DNA of 64,000 nucleotides, from contig JALGYY010000035.1 in NCBI GenBank assembly GCA_025782575.1, positions 20,670 to 84,669 of the forward strand, read 5' to 3'. The notes beneath the pieces are model-generated. The model was not told the DNA's origin. It saw nothing but the letters and a program-made list of their open reading frames with translations, and did not search any database. Below are positions 1 through 9,314 of this stretch, piece after piece. Source of the DNA: a bacterium (GTDB taxonomy: Bacteria; Orphanbacterota; Orphanbacteria; Orphanbacterales; Orphanbacteraceae). The position numbers and the translations under genes were made by a program. Within the stretch, counting starts at the first letter, position 1; each line of letters starts with the position of its first letter.

Positions 1-1
1 C

Positions 2-547
2 GGATTGACCCTCGGATTCATAGTCGCACTGTTCCTGGGATCCGCCCAGTTCGCCGGCAAGCTCGCCGGCGTGCATATCGGTTTCGGCCTGGCCACCGTT
101 CTCGATCCGATCACGGAGGAGCAGGGAACCCTGATCGATCAGCTGCACGGGCTGATGGTGCTCGTTCTCTTTCTGACTCTCGGCGGCCACCGTTTTCTCT
201 TGCTCGCCCTCGGGACGAGCTTTGATCTCATACCCCTCGGAACCGCTGTTCTTCCCCCATCGATCGGTGAAGGCATTCTCAGATTGTTCGTGGAGGTCGT
301 GATTCTCGGCATTCAGATCGCCGTTCCGGTCATGGCCAGCGTATTCCTGACAGAAGCGACGATCGGAATCCTGTCTCGCGGCGCTCCCCAGTTCAACATC
401 TTTTCGATCGGGCTGCCTCTCCGGATCGGGGTAGGCTCCATCGTGCTCGCGTCCACCATGCCGGTTACGATGAAACTCATGCGGAATTTCATTCTTCGAC
501 TACCTGACGAGCTGAGCAGCCTGCTGTATCAGCTTTCGGCCATGTAG
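2..547 (+). CDS. fliR: Flagellar export protein FliR (5' truncated by window edge)
   Basis: Hydrophobic multi-TM ORF with QFAG..IGFG..LDP, GGH and PQFNIF..GLP motifs; directly upstream of flhB. Confidence 0.93.
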   Translation, partial: GLTLGFIVALFLGSAQFAGKLAGVHIGFGLATVLDPITEEQGTLIDQLHGLMVLVLFLTLGGHRFLLLALGTSFDLIPLGTAVLPPSIGEGILRLFVEVVILGIQIAVPVMASVFLTEATIGILSRGAPQFNIFSIGLPLRIGVGSIVLASTMPVTMKLMRNFILRLPDELSSLLYQLSAM

Positions 548-559
548 GGGGAACGTAAA

Positions 560-1657
560 ATGGCCGAATCAGATCATGAAAAATCAGAACAGCCAACACA
601 CCGAAAGAAGACGAAAGCCCGAAGTAAGGGCGATGTCGTCAAGAGTACGGAGCTCAAGTCGGCCATCATAATCTTGTCGAGCGCACTCATCATGAAATCG
701 GCCGGCCCCTGGATGAAAGTTCAATTCATGGAACAGGTCACTCTCGCATTTGCGAATTCCACCACACTTCCGGTTACCGAGGATACCGTTCCCGGCATCG
801 CGGCGGAATGGGTCCTCTGGGCAGGTCACCTTCTGGGACCGCTCTTCCTTGCATTTGCGGCAGTCGCGATTGTCACTACGGCAGCCCTGCAAGGCGGTTT
901 CGTATTCACCACTCAGAAGCTGGCGGTCAATATCGGACGGCTGAACCCGATTTCCGGGGCCAAACAACTTTTCTCCAGCCGGATGATATTCAATCTTCTG
1001 CGAGACCTCGTCAAAGTCATCCTGTTGGCGATGGTCTCTTATTCAATCGTGCGGAGTGCAGTCGACCTCTTCCTGAACATTCCCGACAACGACCTGGGGC
1101 GTACGCTTACAAACGTAGGCGGTCTCGTCACCGATCTTCTCTGGCGAACCGGTCTCGTTCTCCTGGTGATCGGCATGGCCGACTACGCTTTTCAACGCCG
1201 GAAGCACAACAAAGATCTGATGATGTCGAAGCGAGAGGTGAAGGACGAGATGAAGGAATCGGACGGCGACCCTCTAGTAAAGGGGAGGATTCGAGCCGCG
1301 CAGAAGGAACTCGCCCGGAAACGGATGATGCTTGCCGTTCCCGACGCCGACGTCGTCCTTACGAACCCGACCGAGTACGCGGTGGCACTCAAGTACGATC
1401 CTGCGGAGATGTCAGCACCGACCGTCGTCGCCAAGGGACGCCGCCTGATCGCTCAGAAAATCAAAGAGATCGCTATCGAGGCCGGTGTTCCGATTGTTGA
1501 AAACAAAGCCCTTGCTCGCTCGCTCTGGAAGCTTGTGCCGGTAGACGGCATCGTGCCTGGGGAACTCTACCGTGCGGTCGCCGAGGTTCTCTCCTTCGTT
1601 TACAAACAGAAGAACCGAGTCAAGGATTTCACTCAACCCATAGGACGGGACTCCTGA
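560..1657 (+). CDS. flhB: Flagellar export protein FlhB
   Basis: EKSEQPT..K..KAR..G N-terminus, KDEMKESDGDP, autocleavage loop NPTE, YAVALKY. Confidence 0.97.
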   Translation: MAESDHEKSEQPTHRKKTKARSKGDVVKSTELKSAIIILSSALIMKSAGPWMKVQFMEQVTLAFANSTTLPVTEDTVPGIAAEWVLWAGHLLGPLFLAFAAVAIVTTAALQGGFVFTTQKLAVNIGRLNPISGAKQLFSSRMIFNLLRDLVKVILLAMVSYSIVRSAVDLFLNIPDNDLGRTLTNVGGLVTDLLWRTGLVLLVIGMADYAFQRRKHNKDLMMSKREVKDEMKESDGDPLVKGRIRAAQKELARKRMMLAVPDADVVLTNPTEYAVALKYDPAEMSAPTVVAKGRRLIAQKIKEIAIEAGVPIVENKALARSLWKLVPVDGIVPGELYRAVAEVLSFVYKQKNRVKDFTQPIGRDS

Positions 1658-1658
1658 T

Positions 1659-3773
1659 ATGAGCGCCAATCCAGCCGTCTTGCCGAATAAACAGAGAAGG
1701 GTGCCGAGCGCGGACATCGTCCTCGTAGTCGGCGTAATTTCCATCATCGGCATCATGATCGTTCCCCTACCCACCTGGATTCTAGACATCCTGCTGACGT
1801 TCAATATTGCCTTCTCACTGGTAATACTCGCGAACTCGCTTTTCGTGAGCGCCCCGCTTCAGATATCCGTCTTTCCGTCACTCATGCTGATCGTGACTCT
1901 CTTTCGCCTGTCGCTGAACGTCGCATCCACACGACTCATCTTGGGCCAGGCCTACGCAGGGGACGTCATCTCCGCCTTCGGTTCGTTCGTCATTCGAGAC
2001 AACTACATCGTCGGTTTCGTGATCTTTATTATCCTGGTGGCGATCCAGTTCTTCGTGATCGTCCGTGGTACGGAACGAAACGCAGAGGTGGGAGCACGAT
2101 TTACGTTGGATGCGATGCCCGGAAAACAGATGGCCATCGACGCCGATCTGAGTGCGGGGTTGATCAACGAAGAAGAAGCCCGGCAGCGCCGTGATGACAT
2201 TTCGCGGGAGGCGAACTTCTACGGCTCAATGGACGGCGCCGCCAAATTCGTCAAAGGGGATGCGGTAGCCGGTATTATTATCACCCTCGTCAATATACTC
2301 GCCGGATTCATCGTCGGGATGGTACAGCTCGGCATGGCTCCCGATGAATCGCTCAGGGTCTACACGCGGCTTACAATCGGTGATGGTCTCGTCAGTCAGA
2401 TTCCGGCCCTCCTCGTTTCGACTGCGGCCGGTATCGTGGTCAGCCGGGCCGCTGCGGCCGGGAACCTCGGCACCGAGATCAAAGACCAGCTGTTCAGCAA
2501 TCGCAAACCACTCACTATTGTAGCAGGAGCGCTCGTCTGCCTGGCAATCGTGCCGGGGATTCCTGCGGTTCCGCTCATCGTTCTTGCCGGGGGACTCCTC
2601 CTCGTTGCCCGATCAGCAACGGCCGCCCGGTCTACCGAGAAAGCAGATGAAAAGCCGGAAGAGACCGAGGAGAAACCGGAGGAGACTCCCGAGGATTACC
2701 TGCGGATCGACCGGCTGGAGTTGGCGATCGGATACGGCCTCATCCCGATGATGGACGCCGAAGGGGGGAGCGACTTTCTGGACCGGGTCGTCGCTCTCCG
2801 CCGTCAGGTGGCAAGCGACGTCGGGATCATCGTCCCCCGCATTCGGGTACGTGACGATATCCGGCTCCAGCCTGACGAATACGAGATTCGTATCAAGAGC
2901 CATCGTGTGGCGGGCGGGACCGTCCGTGCCGGACACTTCCTCGCAATGGGAGCCGAAAGCGGGCTGAACAAGATCGAGGGAATCGAAACGAAGGAACCGG
3001 CGTTCGGCCTTCGTGCCAAGTGGGTCAATTCCGCGCAGAAAAGCGCCGCAGAGGACCAGGGTCTTACCGTAGTCGGAACGAGCGTCGTCCTCGCGACTCA
3101 CCTAACCGAGATGATCAAGAAGCATGCATGGGAAGTTCTTTCCCGACAGGATGTCCAGAGTCTTCTCGATGAAATCAACAAGGAGAATCCGGCACTGATC
3201 AAAGATGTAATCCCGGACCAGGTGAGCCTCGGAACGATTCACCGGGTTCTTCAAAGTCTACTGAAGGAGCGAGTGCCCATAAGAGATCTGGGGTCGATCC
3301 TCGAGACCATCATCGATTATTCATCAACCGTCAAGGATATCGATCTTCTTACGGAATACGTCCGCGCCGGTCTCAGTCGGGCCATCTGCAACGACCATAT
3401 GGGGAAGAATCGGCAGCTTCCGGTGATCACGATTGATCCCGCGTTGGAACAGGAATTTACGCAGGCGCTTCGGGATGGAGGGGGGCAGCTCGTAACAGCT
3501 CTGGCTCCCGTCAAGGTCCAAAGAATCCTGGACAACCTCAAATCCATGATCAAGGGAGCCCTTGATCGAGGAGAACGGCCGGCGATCATATGTTCCCCGC
3601 AGATCCGTCTAGGGATACGCAGGCTCACGGAGGCCTCTTTCCCGAATCAGCCGGTGCTCTCCTATCATGAAATTGCACCAGATGTCGATCTTTCGTCAGT
3701 AGGGGTCCTGAGTGCCGATGCACCGGCTCCACCGGAACCGGTTGGCGCACTGGCAGGAGCAACGACGGAGTGA
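1659..3773 (+). CDS. flhA: Flagellar export gate protein FlhA
   Basis: FHIPEP motif ARFTLDAMPGKQMAIDADL, FYGSMDGAAKFVKGD, TIGDGLVSQIP. Confidence 0.98.
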   Translation: MSANPAVLPNKQRRVPSADIVLVVGVISIIGIMIVPLPTWILDILLTFNIAFSLVILANSLFVSAPLQISVFPSLMLIVTLFRLSLNVASTRLILGQAYAGDVISAFGSFVIRDNYIVGFVIFIILVAIQFFVIVRGTERNAEVGARFTLDAMPGKQMAIDADLSAGLINEEEARQRRDDISREANFYGSMDGAAKFVKGDAVAGIIITLVNILAGFIVGMVQLGMAPDESLRVYTRLTIGDGLVSQIPALLVSTAAGIVVSRAAAAGNLGTEIKDQLFSNRKPLTIVAGALVCLAIVPGIPAVPLIVLAGGLLLVARSATAARSTEKADEKPEETEEKPEETPEDYLRIDRLELAIGYGLIPMMDAEGGSDFLDRVVALRRQVASDVGIIVPRIRVRDDIRLQPDEYEIRIKSHRVAGGTVRAGHFLAMGAESGLNKIEGIETKEPAFGLRAKWVNSAQKSAAEDQGLTVVGTSVVLATHLTEMIKKHAWEVLSRQDVQSLLDEINKENPALIKDVIPDQVSLGTIHRVLQSLLKERVPIRDLGSILETIIDYSSTVKDIDLLTEYVRAGLSRAICNDHMGKNRQLPVITIDPALEQEFTQALRDGGGQLVTALAPVKVQRILDNLKSMIKGALDRGERPAIICSPQIRLGIRRLTEASFPNQPVLSYHEIAPDVDLSSVGVLSADAPAPPEPVGALAGATTE

Positions 3774-3783
3774 TCGATCATTC

Positions 3784-4527
3784 ATGGGTGAATCACCTGG
3801 AACAGAAGTTTATCGGGACGCCACTTTCGAACGTCGAGAAAGATCGATACTCGACGGGATGTCTCTCGTAAAGAAAATTGCGAGGGGGATTGCCGGAAAG
3901 GTCCCCAACACGGTCGATCCTCTCGACCTGGAAAGTGCCGGCACGATCGGATTGATCCGCGCGGTCGATCTATTCGACCCTGACCGGGGTGTCCCGTTCG
4001 AAGCGTTCGCCTCCCACTATGTCCGAGGAGCGGTTCTCGACCATCTTCGTGCTCTCGACCCTCTTCCGTACTCGACACGATCGAGAATCCGAAAGATCGA
4101 AAAATCCTACATCGATCTCGAGAGGGAGACCGGCCGAACACCTTCAGATGAAGAGGTTTCCCGACACACCGGAATTGACGAGAGGGATATCTCACGACTT
4201 CTTGGAGAAGCGGCCAACCTTACTATTCGGTCGCTACAGGACGATCAGGACTCTGCCACGCCTGATATTCCGGACAAGGGGGAGGCGGCCGCCAAGATCT
4301 ATGAGCAAGTGGAAAACCAGCAGCTCGCTGAAATCCTTGTCGGTTTTCTGGGGCACCTCCCGGAAAGAGATCGCCTCATTCTCTCGCTCTACTATTTTGA
4401 TGAACTCAAAATGAAGGAGATTGCCGAGCTGTTCGAGCTTACGGAATCTCGTGTTTCTCAGCTCCACAGCAGGGCCATTACAATCCTTCGAGCCCGAATG
4501 AGAACCGTTCTCGAGGAGAAGTCATGA
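3784..4527 (+). CDS. fliA: RNA polymerase sigma-28 factor FliA
   Basis: DLESAG.IGL..AV..FDP.RG..F, YVRGAVLD.LR..D, LTESRVSQLH region 4; ATG at 3784 chosen over the GTG at 3712 inside flhA. Confidence 0.95.
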   Translation: MGESPGTEVYRDATFERRERSILDGMSLVKKIARGIAGKVPNTVDPLDLESAGTIGLIRAVDLFDPDRGVPFEAFASHYVRGAVLDHLRALDPLPYSTRSRIRKIEKSYIDLERETGRTPSDEEVSRHTGIDERDISRLLGEAANLTIRSLQDDQDSATPDIPDKGEAAAKIYEQVENQQLAEILVGFLGHLPERDRLILSLYYFDELKMKEIAELFELTESRVSQLHSRAITILRARMRTVLEEKS

Positions 4528-4766
4528 TCTCCTCTCCCGAACATGTCGAGCTGCCCCGAAAGCCGACACCGCCGCCACCGTTCGAGCGGATCAATCCCCA
4601 GGTCCGCACGGAAAAGAAAGGGGATCGCAAGAAGAAAGAGGCGGCTGAGGAAAAGCGAGACGATGAGGATCACGCGACCGGAGCCGCGGGGCCCCACTCG
4701 AAGAAGAGTCCCCAACCTCCCGGCAAGAATCCCTCGCGAGGCAAGCGGCTCGATTTGCTGGTCTAG
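4524..4766 (+). CDS. Small hydrophilic hypothetical protein (flagellar-associated)
   Basis: ATGA overlap with the fliA stop, GAGGAG SD; low-complexity charged protein ending RGKRLDLLV. Confidence 0.6.
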   Translation: MISSPEHVELPRKPTPPPPFERINPQVRTEKKGDRKKKEAAEEKRDDEDHATGAAGPHSKKSPQPPGKNPSRGKRLDLLV

Positions 4767-4811
4767 CATTTCATTGGTTGGAGAAGCAGGCGGTACACCC
4801 TTGAGGTTTCT

Positions 4812-6026
4812 ATGAGAGCACTTGAGCCCGGAAGAGAATACCCGGCAACAGTCGCCGGATTCCTGCCCGGAAGAAGGGTGATTCTTGATATCGGTGGAGA
4901 CACGTATCTTGCGTGGACCGATCTTCCGCTCATCCGGGGTTCCCGAATTCGTACCAGGGCGGAGCGGGCGAAGGGCGGGATCTGTCTCAAACTGCTTGAC
5001 CAGGAAGATCACTCAGGCGACAGAGACCATTCCTCCCACGCTGGTGCAGATGAGTTGGATCGCCTGATCGAAGCCGTTGCGACCGAAGGGGGTCGAAAGC
5101 CGGCCGCCGAAGTCGTCAACCAGATCCGGTATTGCCTGAGGTGGGCCGATTCCCGGCTCGACAATGAGGCAGTCCCTCTCACCAAGATCGAGAAAACCGT
5201 TCACACTGTCGTGACGCTGTTCCAGCGCCGGGTACCTGTCCGGCCCCGCACATTGAGGGCGCTCGAGACCTGCGAGGAAGCGAGGCTCGGCACCACCCTG
5301 GCCCATCTGGAATCGAGCCTCCTGCAGACGGCCGATTCGATTGAGGGCCCGCGAGCGATCACTATGGAAAACCTGGCCAGGGAAGCGGCTCGGTTCTTCC
5401 ATCCGATCCGGTCGGACCGGGCGACGTTTTGTCTGGAGCCTATCGTGCGTAAGGCGGGCTACTTGCTCGAGTCTGATCTCACAGCCCTCGGCAGGCATGA
5501 CTGGCGATCGGTCGAAGACTTTCGCGAACGGAGTCTGAAGGCGTTTCTGCTTCTCTCCCGATCGGAGCTGACTGTTTTCCGGTCCTGCACATCTCCCGGA
5601 CTCGGAGAGAAGGGGAGAAGGATTCTGGAACGAGCCGTAGCCTGGTGTAATCGATCACTGGAAGTTCTCGAGGGTCTCCAGATTCTGAACCTCCCCACAA
5701 CCGACGGCAGTAAAGTCACGCCTACCTATCAGATCCCCGCGACGTTGAACGGGCGGCGCGCGACTCTTCATCTGATCGTCTCCCCGGAACGCTATCGCTT
5801 CTGGCTCGACCGTGGATCGAAGGATCCCGTGGGTGCGCAGGTCGAACTCAACGGGAATCATTTCGCCGTCCAGGTTTTCGGAGAGGCTGAATCGGCCTGG
5901 GAGCTGGAAGCTACAAAGTCGAGCCATCGCTTTGATGCCACTGTCACGGTGGAATCAGCCGGCGAGGAGTCTTTTATCGACCTTGGCCGGAGCTTGCCGG
6001 ATCGGAGGCTGAATCTTGAAGTCTGA
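4812..6026 (+). CDS. Hypothetical protein, possibly FliK-like (hook-length control family)
   Basis: 404 aa; N-terminal L.PG....ATV......G....A.T..PL..G....LKLL pattern reminiscent of FliK-like proteins; YQIP region and C-terminal LNLEV; flagellar context. Confidence 0.5.
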   Translation: MRALEPGREYPATVAGFLPGRRVILDIGGDTYLAWTDLPLIRGSRIRTRAERAKGGICLKLLDQEDHSGDRDHSSHAGADELDRLIEAVATEGGRKPAAEVVNQIRYCLRWADSRLDNEAVPLTKIEKTVHTVVTLFQRRVPVRPRTLRALETCEEARLGTTLAHLESSLLQTADSIEGPRAITMENLAREAARFFHPIRSDRATFCLEPIVRKAGYLLESDLTALGRHDWRSVEDFRERSLKAFLLLSRSELTVFRSCTSPGLGEKGRRILERAVAWCNRSLEVLEGLQILNLPTTDGSKVTPTYQIPATLNGRRATLHLIVSPERYRFWLDRGSKDPVGAQVELNGNHFAVQVFGEAESAWELEATKSSHRFDATVTVESAGEESFIDLGRSLPDRRLNLEV

Positions 6027-6240
6027 TCGCATACGAGGCCTGGCCAACATCCGGCCCATCAAGATTATCGATCGAGACCGGCCTCCGACTTCCACACCCG
6101 ATCCTTTCTTCGCCTGCCTGGCCCGTTCCGGTTGTCCGCCGGAAGAGGCCGCAGGCCCGAAGAGCATGGCCATGCTTCTCTCCGATCTCCTGGATGCTCT
6201 CGCGATCGCAGCCGAATCAGAAAAAACTTCTTTCCTCTAG
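6016..6240 (+). CDS. Possible small hypothetical protein
   Basis: TTG start after GGAGG, overlapping the previous stop; no recognisable motif. Confidence 0.3.
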   Translation: MKSDRIRGLANIRPIKIIDRDRPPTSTPDPFFACLARSGCPPEEAAGPKSMAMLLSDLLDALAIAAESEKTSFL

Positions 6241-6360
6241 GGAATATCTTTCCTCCTTACTCGTCCGATTTCCATAAGAAATGTCGCTCGGGCCATCGCT
6301 GATCGCCACGAATCCGGCTCTATATGGCCCCTCCGTCCTGTTTCACCGGCGCAGACCGCG

Positions 6361-6376
6361 TGGCACGCGCTTTGCA
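6361..6376 (+). promoter_or_regulatory. Sigma-54 (RpoN) -24/-12 promoter for the flgF operon
   Basis: TGGCAC-GCGCT-TTGCA, an exact match to TGGCAC-N5-TTGCW, about 55 nt before the flgF ATG. Confidence 0.88.
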
Positions 6377-6430
6377 ATTGCCCTGACCGAACAAGAACCA
6401 CCAATCCGTCCGTTTGAGTGAGGAGAGAGG

Positions 6431-7147
6431 ATGAGCGACGAAATCTATCTTGCCGGCGCTTCGTTGGTTTCGCGACAGTACCGCCAGGAGGCGCTCGTCA
6501 ATAATATTGCGAACGGTTCCACACCCGGATACAAGGCCGCTCGCGTTTTTGCCGAGGTCCTTACGGAAGTCTCCAGTTTCGCTGATCTCCAGGCAATCGG
6601 GCGGAGCCAGAAGCAATACCTCGATCTCTCGCAGGGTAACATCCGTCCCACCGGCCGGCCCCTCGATTTCGCCCTCGACGGCGATGGTTACTTCGTAGTC
6701 CTCGCTCCCGAGGGGGAGCGCTATACCAGAAACGGCAATTTCTCCATCGATGGTGAAGGGACACTGGTCACCCAGAACGGCCATCCGGTTTCAGGAGACG
6801 GGGGGCCGATCACAATCGAGGGAAGCCGGATTGAAGTGAGCGCCGACGGTGAGATCCTCGTGGACGGGGAATCACTAGGCAAACTCAAGGTGACTAATTT
6901 CACCAATCCCCAGAGCCTAGCCCGCAAGGGGGGAAGCCTCTTCGGTCCCCGTGAGGGGGAGAACCTGCGTAGTGCGGAGCCTACAGCCGTGGTCTGCCAG
7001 AACTGTCTCGAAGAATCCAACGTAAAGACATCAGAAGAAATGATGCGAGTTCTCGCTCAGTTGCGGCAGTTCGAAGCATCTCAGAAGAACCTCACGCTCC
7101 AGAGCGAGACCTTGAGGCGTGTGGGCAACGAACTACTCAACGGTTAG
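6431..7147 (+). CDS. flgF: Flagellar basal-body rod protein FlgF
   Basis: NNIAN.STPGYK, TGRPLDFAL.GDGYF, YTRNG.F, LE.SNV; precedes flgG. Confidence 0.92.
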   Translation: MSDEIYLAGASLVSRQYRQEALVNNIANGSTPGYKAARVFAEVLTEVSSFADLQAIGRSQKQYLDLSQGNIRPTGRPLDFALDGDGYFVVLAPEGERYTRNGNFSIDGEGTLVTQNGHPVSGDGGPITIEGSRIEVSADGEILVDGESLGKLKVTNFTNPQSLARKGGSLFGPREGENLRSAEPTAVVCQNCLEESNVKTSEEMMRVLAQLRQFEASQKNLTLQSETLRRVGNELLNG

Positions 7148-7165
7148 CGCCGGGAGGAAGAAACT

Positions 7166-7954
7166 ATGATACGAGCGATGCGAACTGCCGCCACGGGAAT
7201 GAAAGCGCAGCAGCTGAACGTGGACAACATCGCAAACAATCTCGCCAATGTGAATACTACCGGCTTCAAGAAGAGCCGAGTGGAATTTCAGGATCTGTTT
7301 TATCAACTGACCCGCGTGGCGGGTAACCCGACAGCATCGGGAGCAGTTTCGCCGTCATCGCTGGAAATCGGGTATGGCGCCACGCCGGTTTCTACGCAGA
7401 GGATGTTCACGCAGGGTGATCTCGTCTCCACGGGGAATCCGACAGATCTGGCGGTCAAAGGGGACGGCTTTTTCCGCATTCTCCTTCCAGAAGGGGGCGA
7501 AGCCTATACCAGAGACGGCAGTTTTAAAGTCTCGGCGGAAGGTCAGCTCATGACGTCCGACGGCTATCTTCTGGATCCCGAAATCACGATTCCGGCGGAA
7601 ACATCTCACATCAGCTTCTCACCGGACGGAGTGGTTTCCGTGACACTCGGGAATGAAAATGAATCACAGATCGTCGGTCAGATCGAGTTGATGCGATTCG
7701 TCAATCCATCAGGGCTTCGCGCCATCGGTCAGAATCTCTTTACCGAGACACCGGTTTCGGGTGAATCCATTCCCGGTACGCCGGGATCGGACGGGCTCGG
7801 ACGGCTCTCCCAGGGATTTCTAGAAGTATCGAACGTTGATATTGTCGAGGAAATGATCGCGCTTATCGCCGCCCAACGTGCTTATGAAATCAATTCCAAA
7901 GCGATCAAGGCGTCGGAGGACATGATGTCCATGGCGAATAATCTAACCAGGTAA
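7166..7954 (+). CDS. flgG: Flagellar distal rod protein FlgG
   Basis: MIRAM.TAATGM.AQQ, ANNLANVNTTGFKK.R.EFQDL.YQ, QRAYEINSK. Confidence 0.97.
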   Translation: MIRAMRTAATGMKAQQLNVDNIANNLANVNTTGFKKSRVEFQDLFYQLTRVAGNPTASGAVSPSSLEIGYGATPVSTQRMFTQGDLVSTGNPTDLAVKGDGFFRILLPEGGEAYTRDGSFKVSAEGQLMTSDGYLLDPEITIPAETSHISFSPDGVVSVTLGNENESQIVGQIELMRFVNPSGLRAIGQNLFTETPVSGESIPGTPGSDGLGRLSQGFLEVSNVDIVEEMIALIAAQRAYEINSKAIKASEDMMSMANNLTR

Positions 7955-7980
7955 ACGACAACCAATAGGGGCGTTCAGGG

Positions 7981-8730
7981 ATGACACCCGTAAGAATCGA
8001 AAGCTCGAACATAATCCGAAGACTGCACTGGCTCATCTGGTTTCCATTTCTTGCGGCCGGCATGGCGAGTGGGTCAACGATTACGCCCGACGCCGTCCGG
8101 GAAGAAGCGAACAGGTTCCTGGAGCGGTCTTTTCAAGGGCAGGGGGAGATCCGAATCCAATTGGGTGACCTCCCGGACCTCGGCGATCTTGCCGGTCAGG
8201 ATCGGGAGATTCGCTTCCGGCCCATGCGTCCTCTCGACCGGCGAGGCCCCGTTTCTCTTTCAGTCGAATTCTACGCTGACGGCAATCGTACTGACCGTCG
8301 ATCGTTGACAGCCGATGTCCAGGTGTTTCGCGCGATACCGATCTCCACTCGCCGGATCGACCGGCATCAAATGATACGAGAAGAGGACCTCGCTCTCGAG
8401 ATCCGCGACGTTCGGACCATCCCCGGGGCGCTTCACACTCTGGAAGAGGCGCTCGGTATGCGAGCTGTTCGCCTTCTTCCGGAAGGCAAACCGATTACGG
8501 AAGACCGTATCGAGCCTGTTCCCGTTGTTTCCCGAGGAGAGAAGGTCATGGTGAGTCTCCGTCTCGGATCGATCGCCATCACCGCTTCAGCCATCGCTCT
8601 CGGCGATGGCGCGGTGGGTGAACAGATCGACGTCCGGAACGAACGAAGCGGGAAGCGGGTCACGGCGACAGTCGTTCGCGCCGGTCTCGTTCGTATTGAA
8701 TTGATCGACGGAGCGGGGGGTTGGTCATGA
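7981..8730 (+). CDS. flgA: P-ring assembly chaperone FlgA
   Basis: Signal peptide, SAF-like domain, V.RGE.V...A.GDG..GE.I.VRN..SGK. Confidence 0.9.
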   Translation: MTPVRIESSNIIRRLHWLIWFPFLAAGMASGSTITPDAVREEANRFLERSFQGQGEIRIQLGDLPDLGDLAGQDREIRFRPMRPLDRRGPVSLSVEFYADGNRTDRRSLTADVQVFRAIPISTRRIDRHQMIREEDLALEIRDVRTIPGALHTLEEALGMRAVRLLPEGKPITEDRIEPVPVVSRGEKVMVSLRLGSIAITASAIALGDGAVGEQIDVRNERSGKRVTATVVRAGLVRIELIDGAGGWS

Positions 8731-9314
8731 ATCGAATCGCCATTCTCGCAATCGTCCTCCTGATCACCCTCGGAAGTGCGGTGGCCGGCGGCAGAAATGT
8801 CACCACCGTGCGCCAGGTTTCCCTCTACGCCGATGTCAAAGCACGCGCTGTCGGCGATATCGTGACCGTCATGATCATTGAGAAGATGAGCGGCAGCAAT
8901 TCGACCAAACTCTCGACCAAGCGGAAAGACAAATTCGCTCATAGTGGAAATGAGGGGACGGGCCTCTTTGATTTCGTTCCTGACTTCGGGCTTTCCGCCA
9001 GTTTCGACAAAAGTCTCGAAGGAACCGGGCAGCAATCCCGCCAGGGAAGGCTCACCGCGCAGATGGCAGCTACCGTGTCAGACATTCTACCGAACGGCGA
9101 TCTTGTAATCCGCGGTGAGAAAGAAGTGGAGGTAAACGGCGAAACCGAAATCCTGTCATTGTCGGGAACGGTACGCCCGGCTGACATCAGTGCGGGCAAC
9201 GTCGTCTTTTCCACCAATATCGCAGGCGCCAAAATCGCATACAAGGGGAAGGGAGTCGTCTCCAAGGGGACGAGCCCGAGTCTGTTCTCGAGGGTCCTGT
9301 CATGGATCTTCTGA
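8727..9314 (+). CDS. flgH: Flagellar L-ring protein FlgH
   Basis: SLY.D.KA..VGDIVTV.I.E, V...LPNG.L.I.GEK, GTVRP.DI; ATGA overlap with flgA. Confidence 0.93.
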   Translation: MNRIAILAIVLLITLGSAVAGGRNVTTVRQVSLYADVKARAVGDIVTVMIIEKMSGSNSTKLSTKRKDKFAHSGNEGTGLFDFVPDFGLSASFDKSLEGTGQQSRQGRLTAQMAATVSDILPNGDLVIRGEKEVEVNGETEILSLSGTVRPADISAGNVVFSTNIAGAKIAYKGKGVVSKGTSPSLFSRVLSWIF

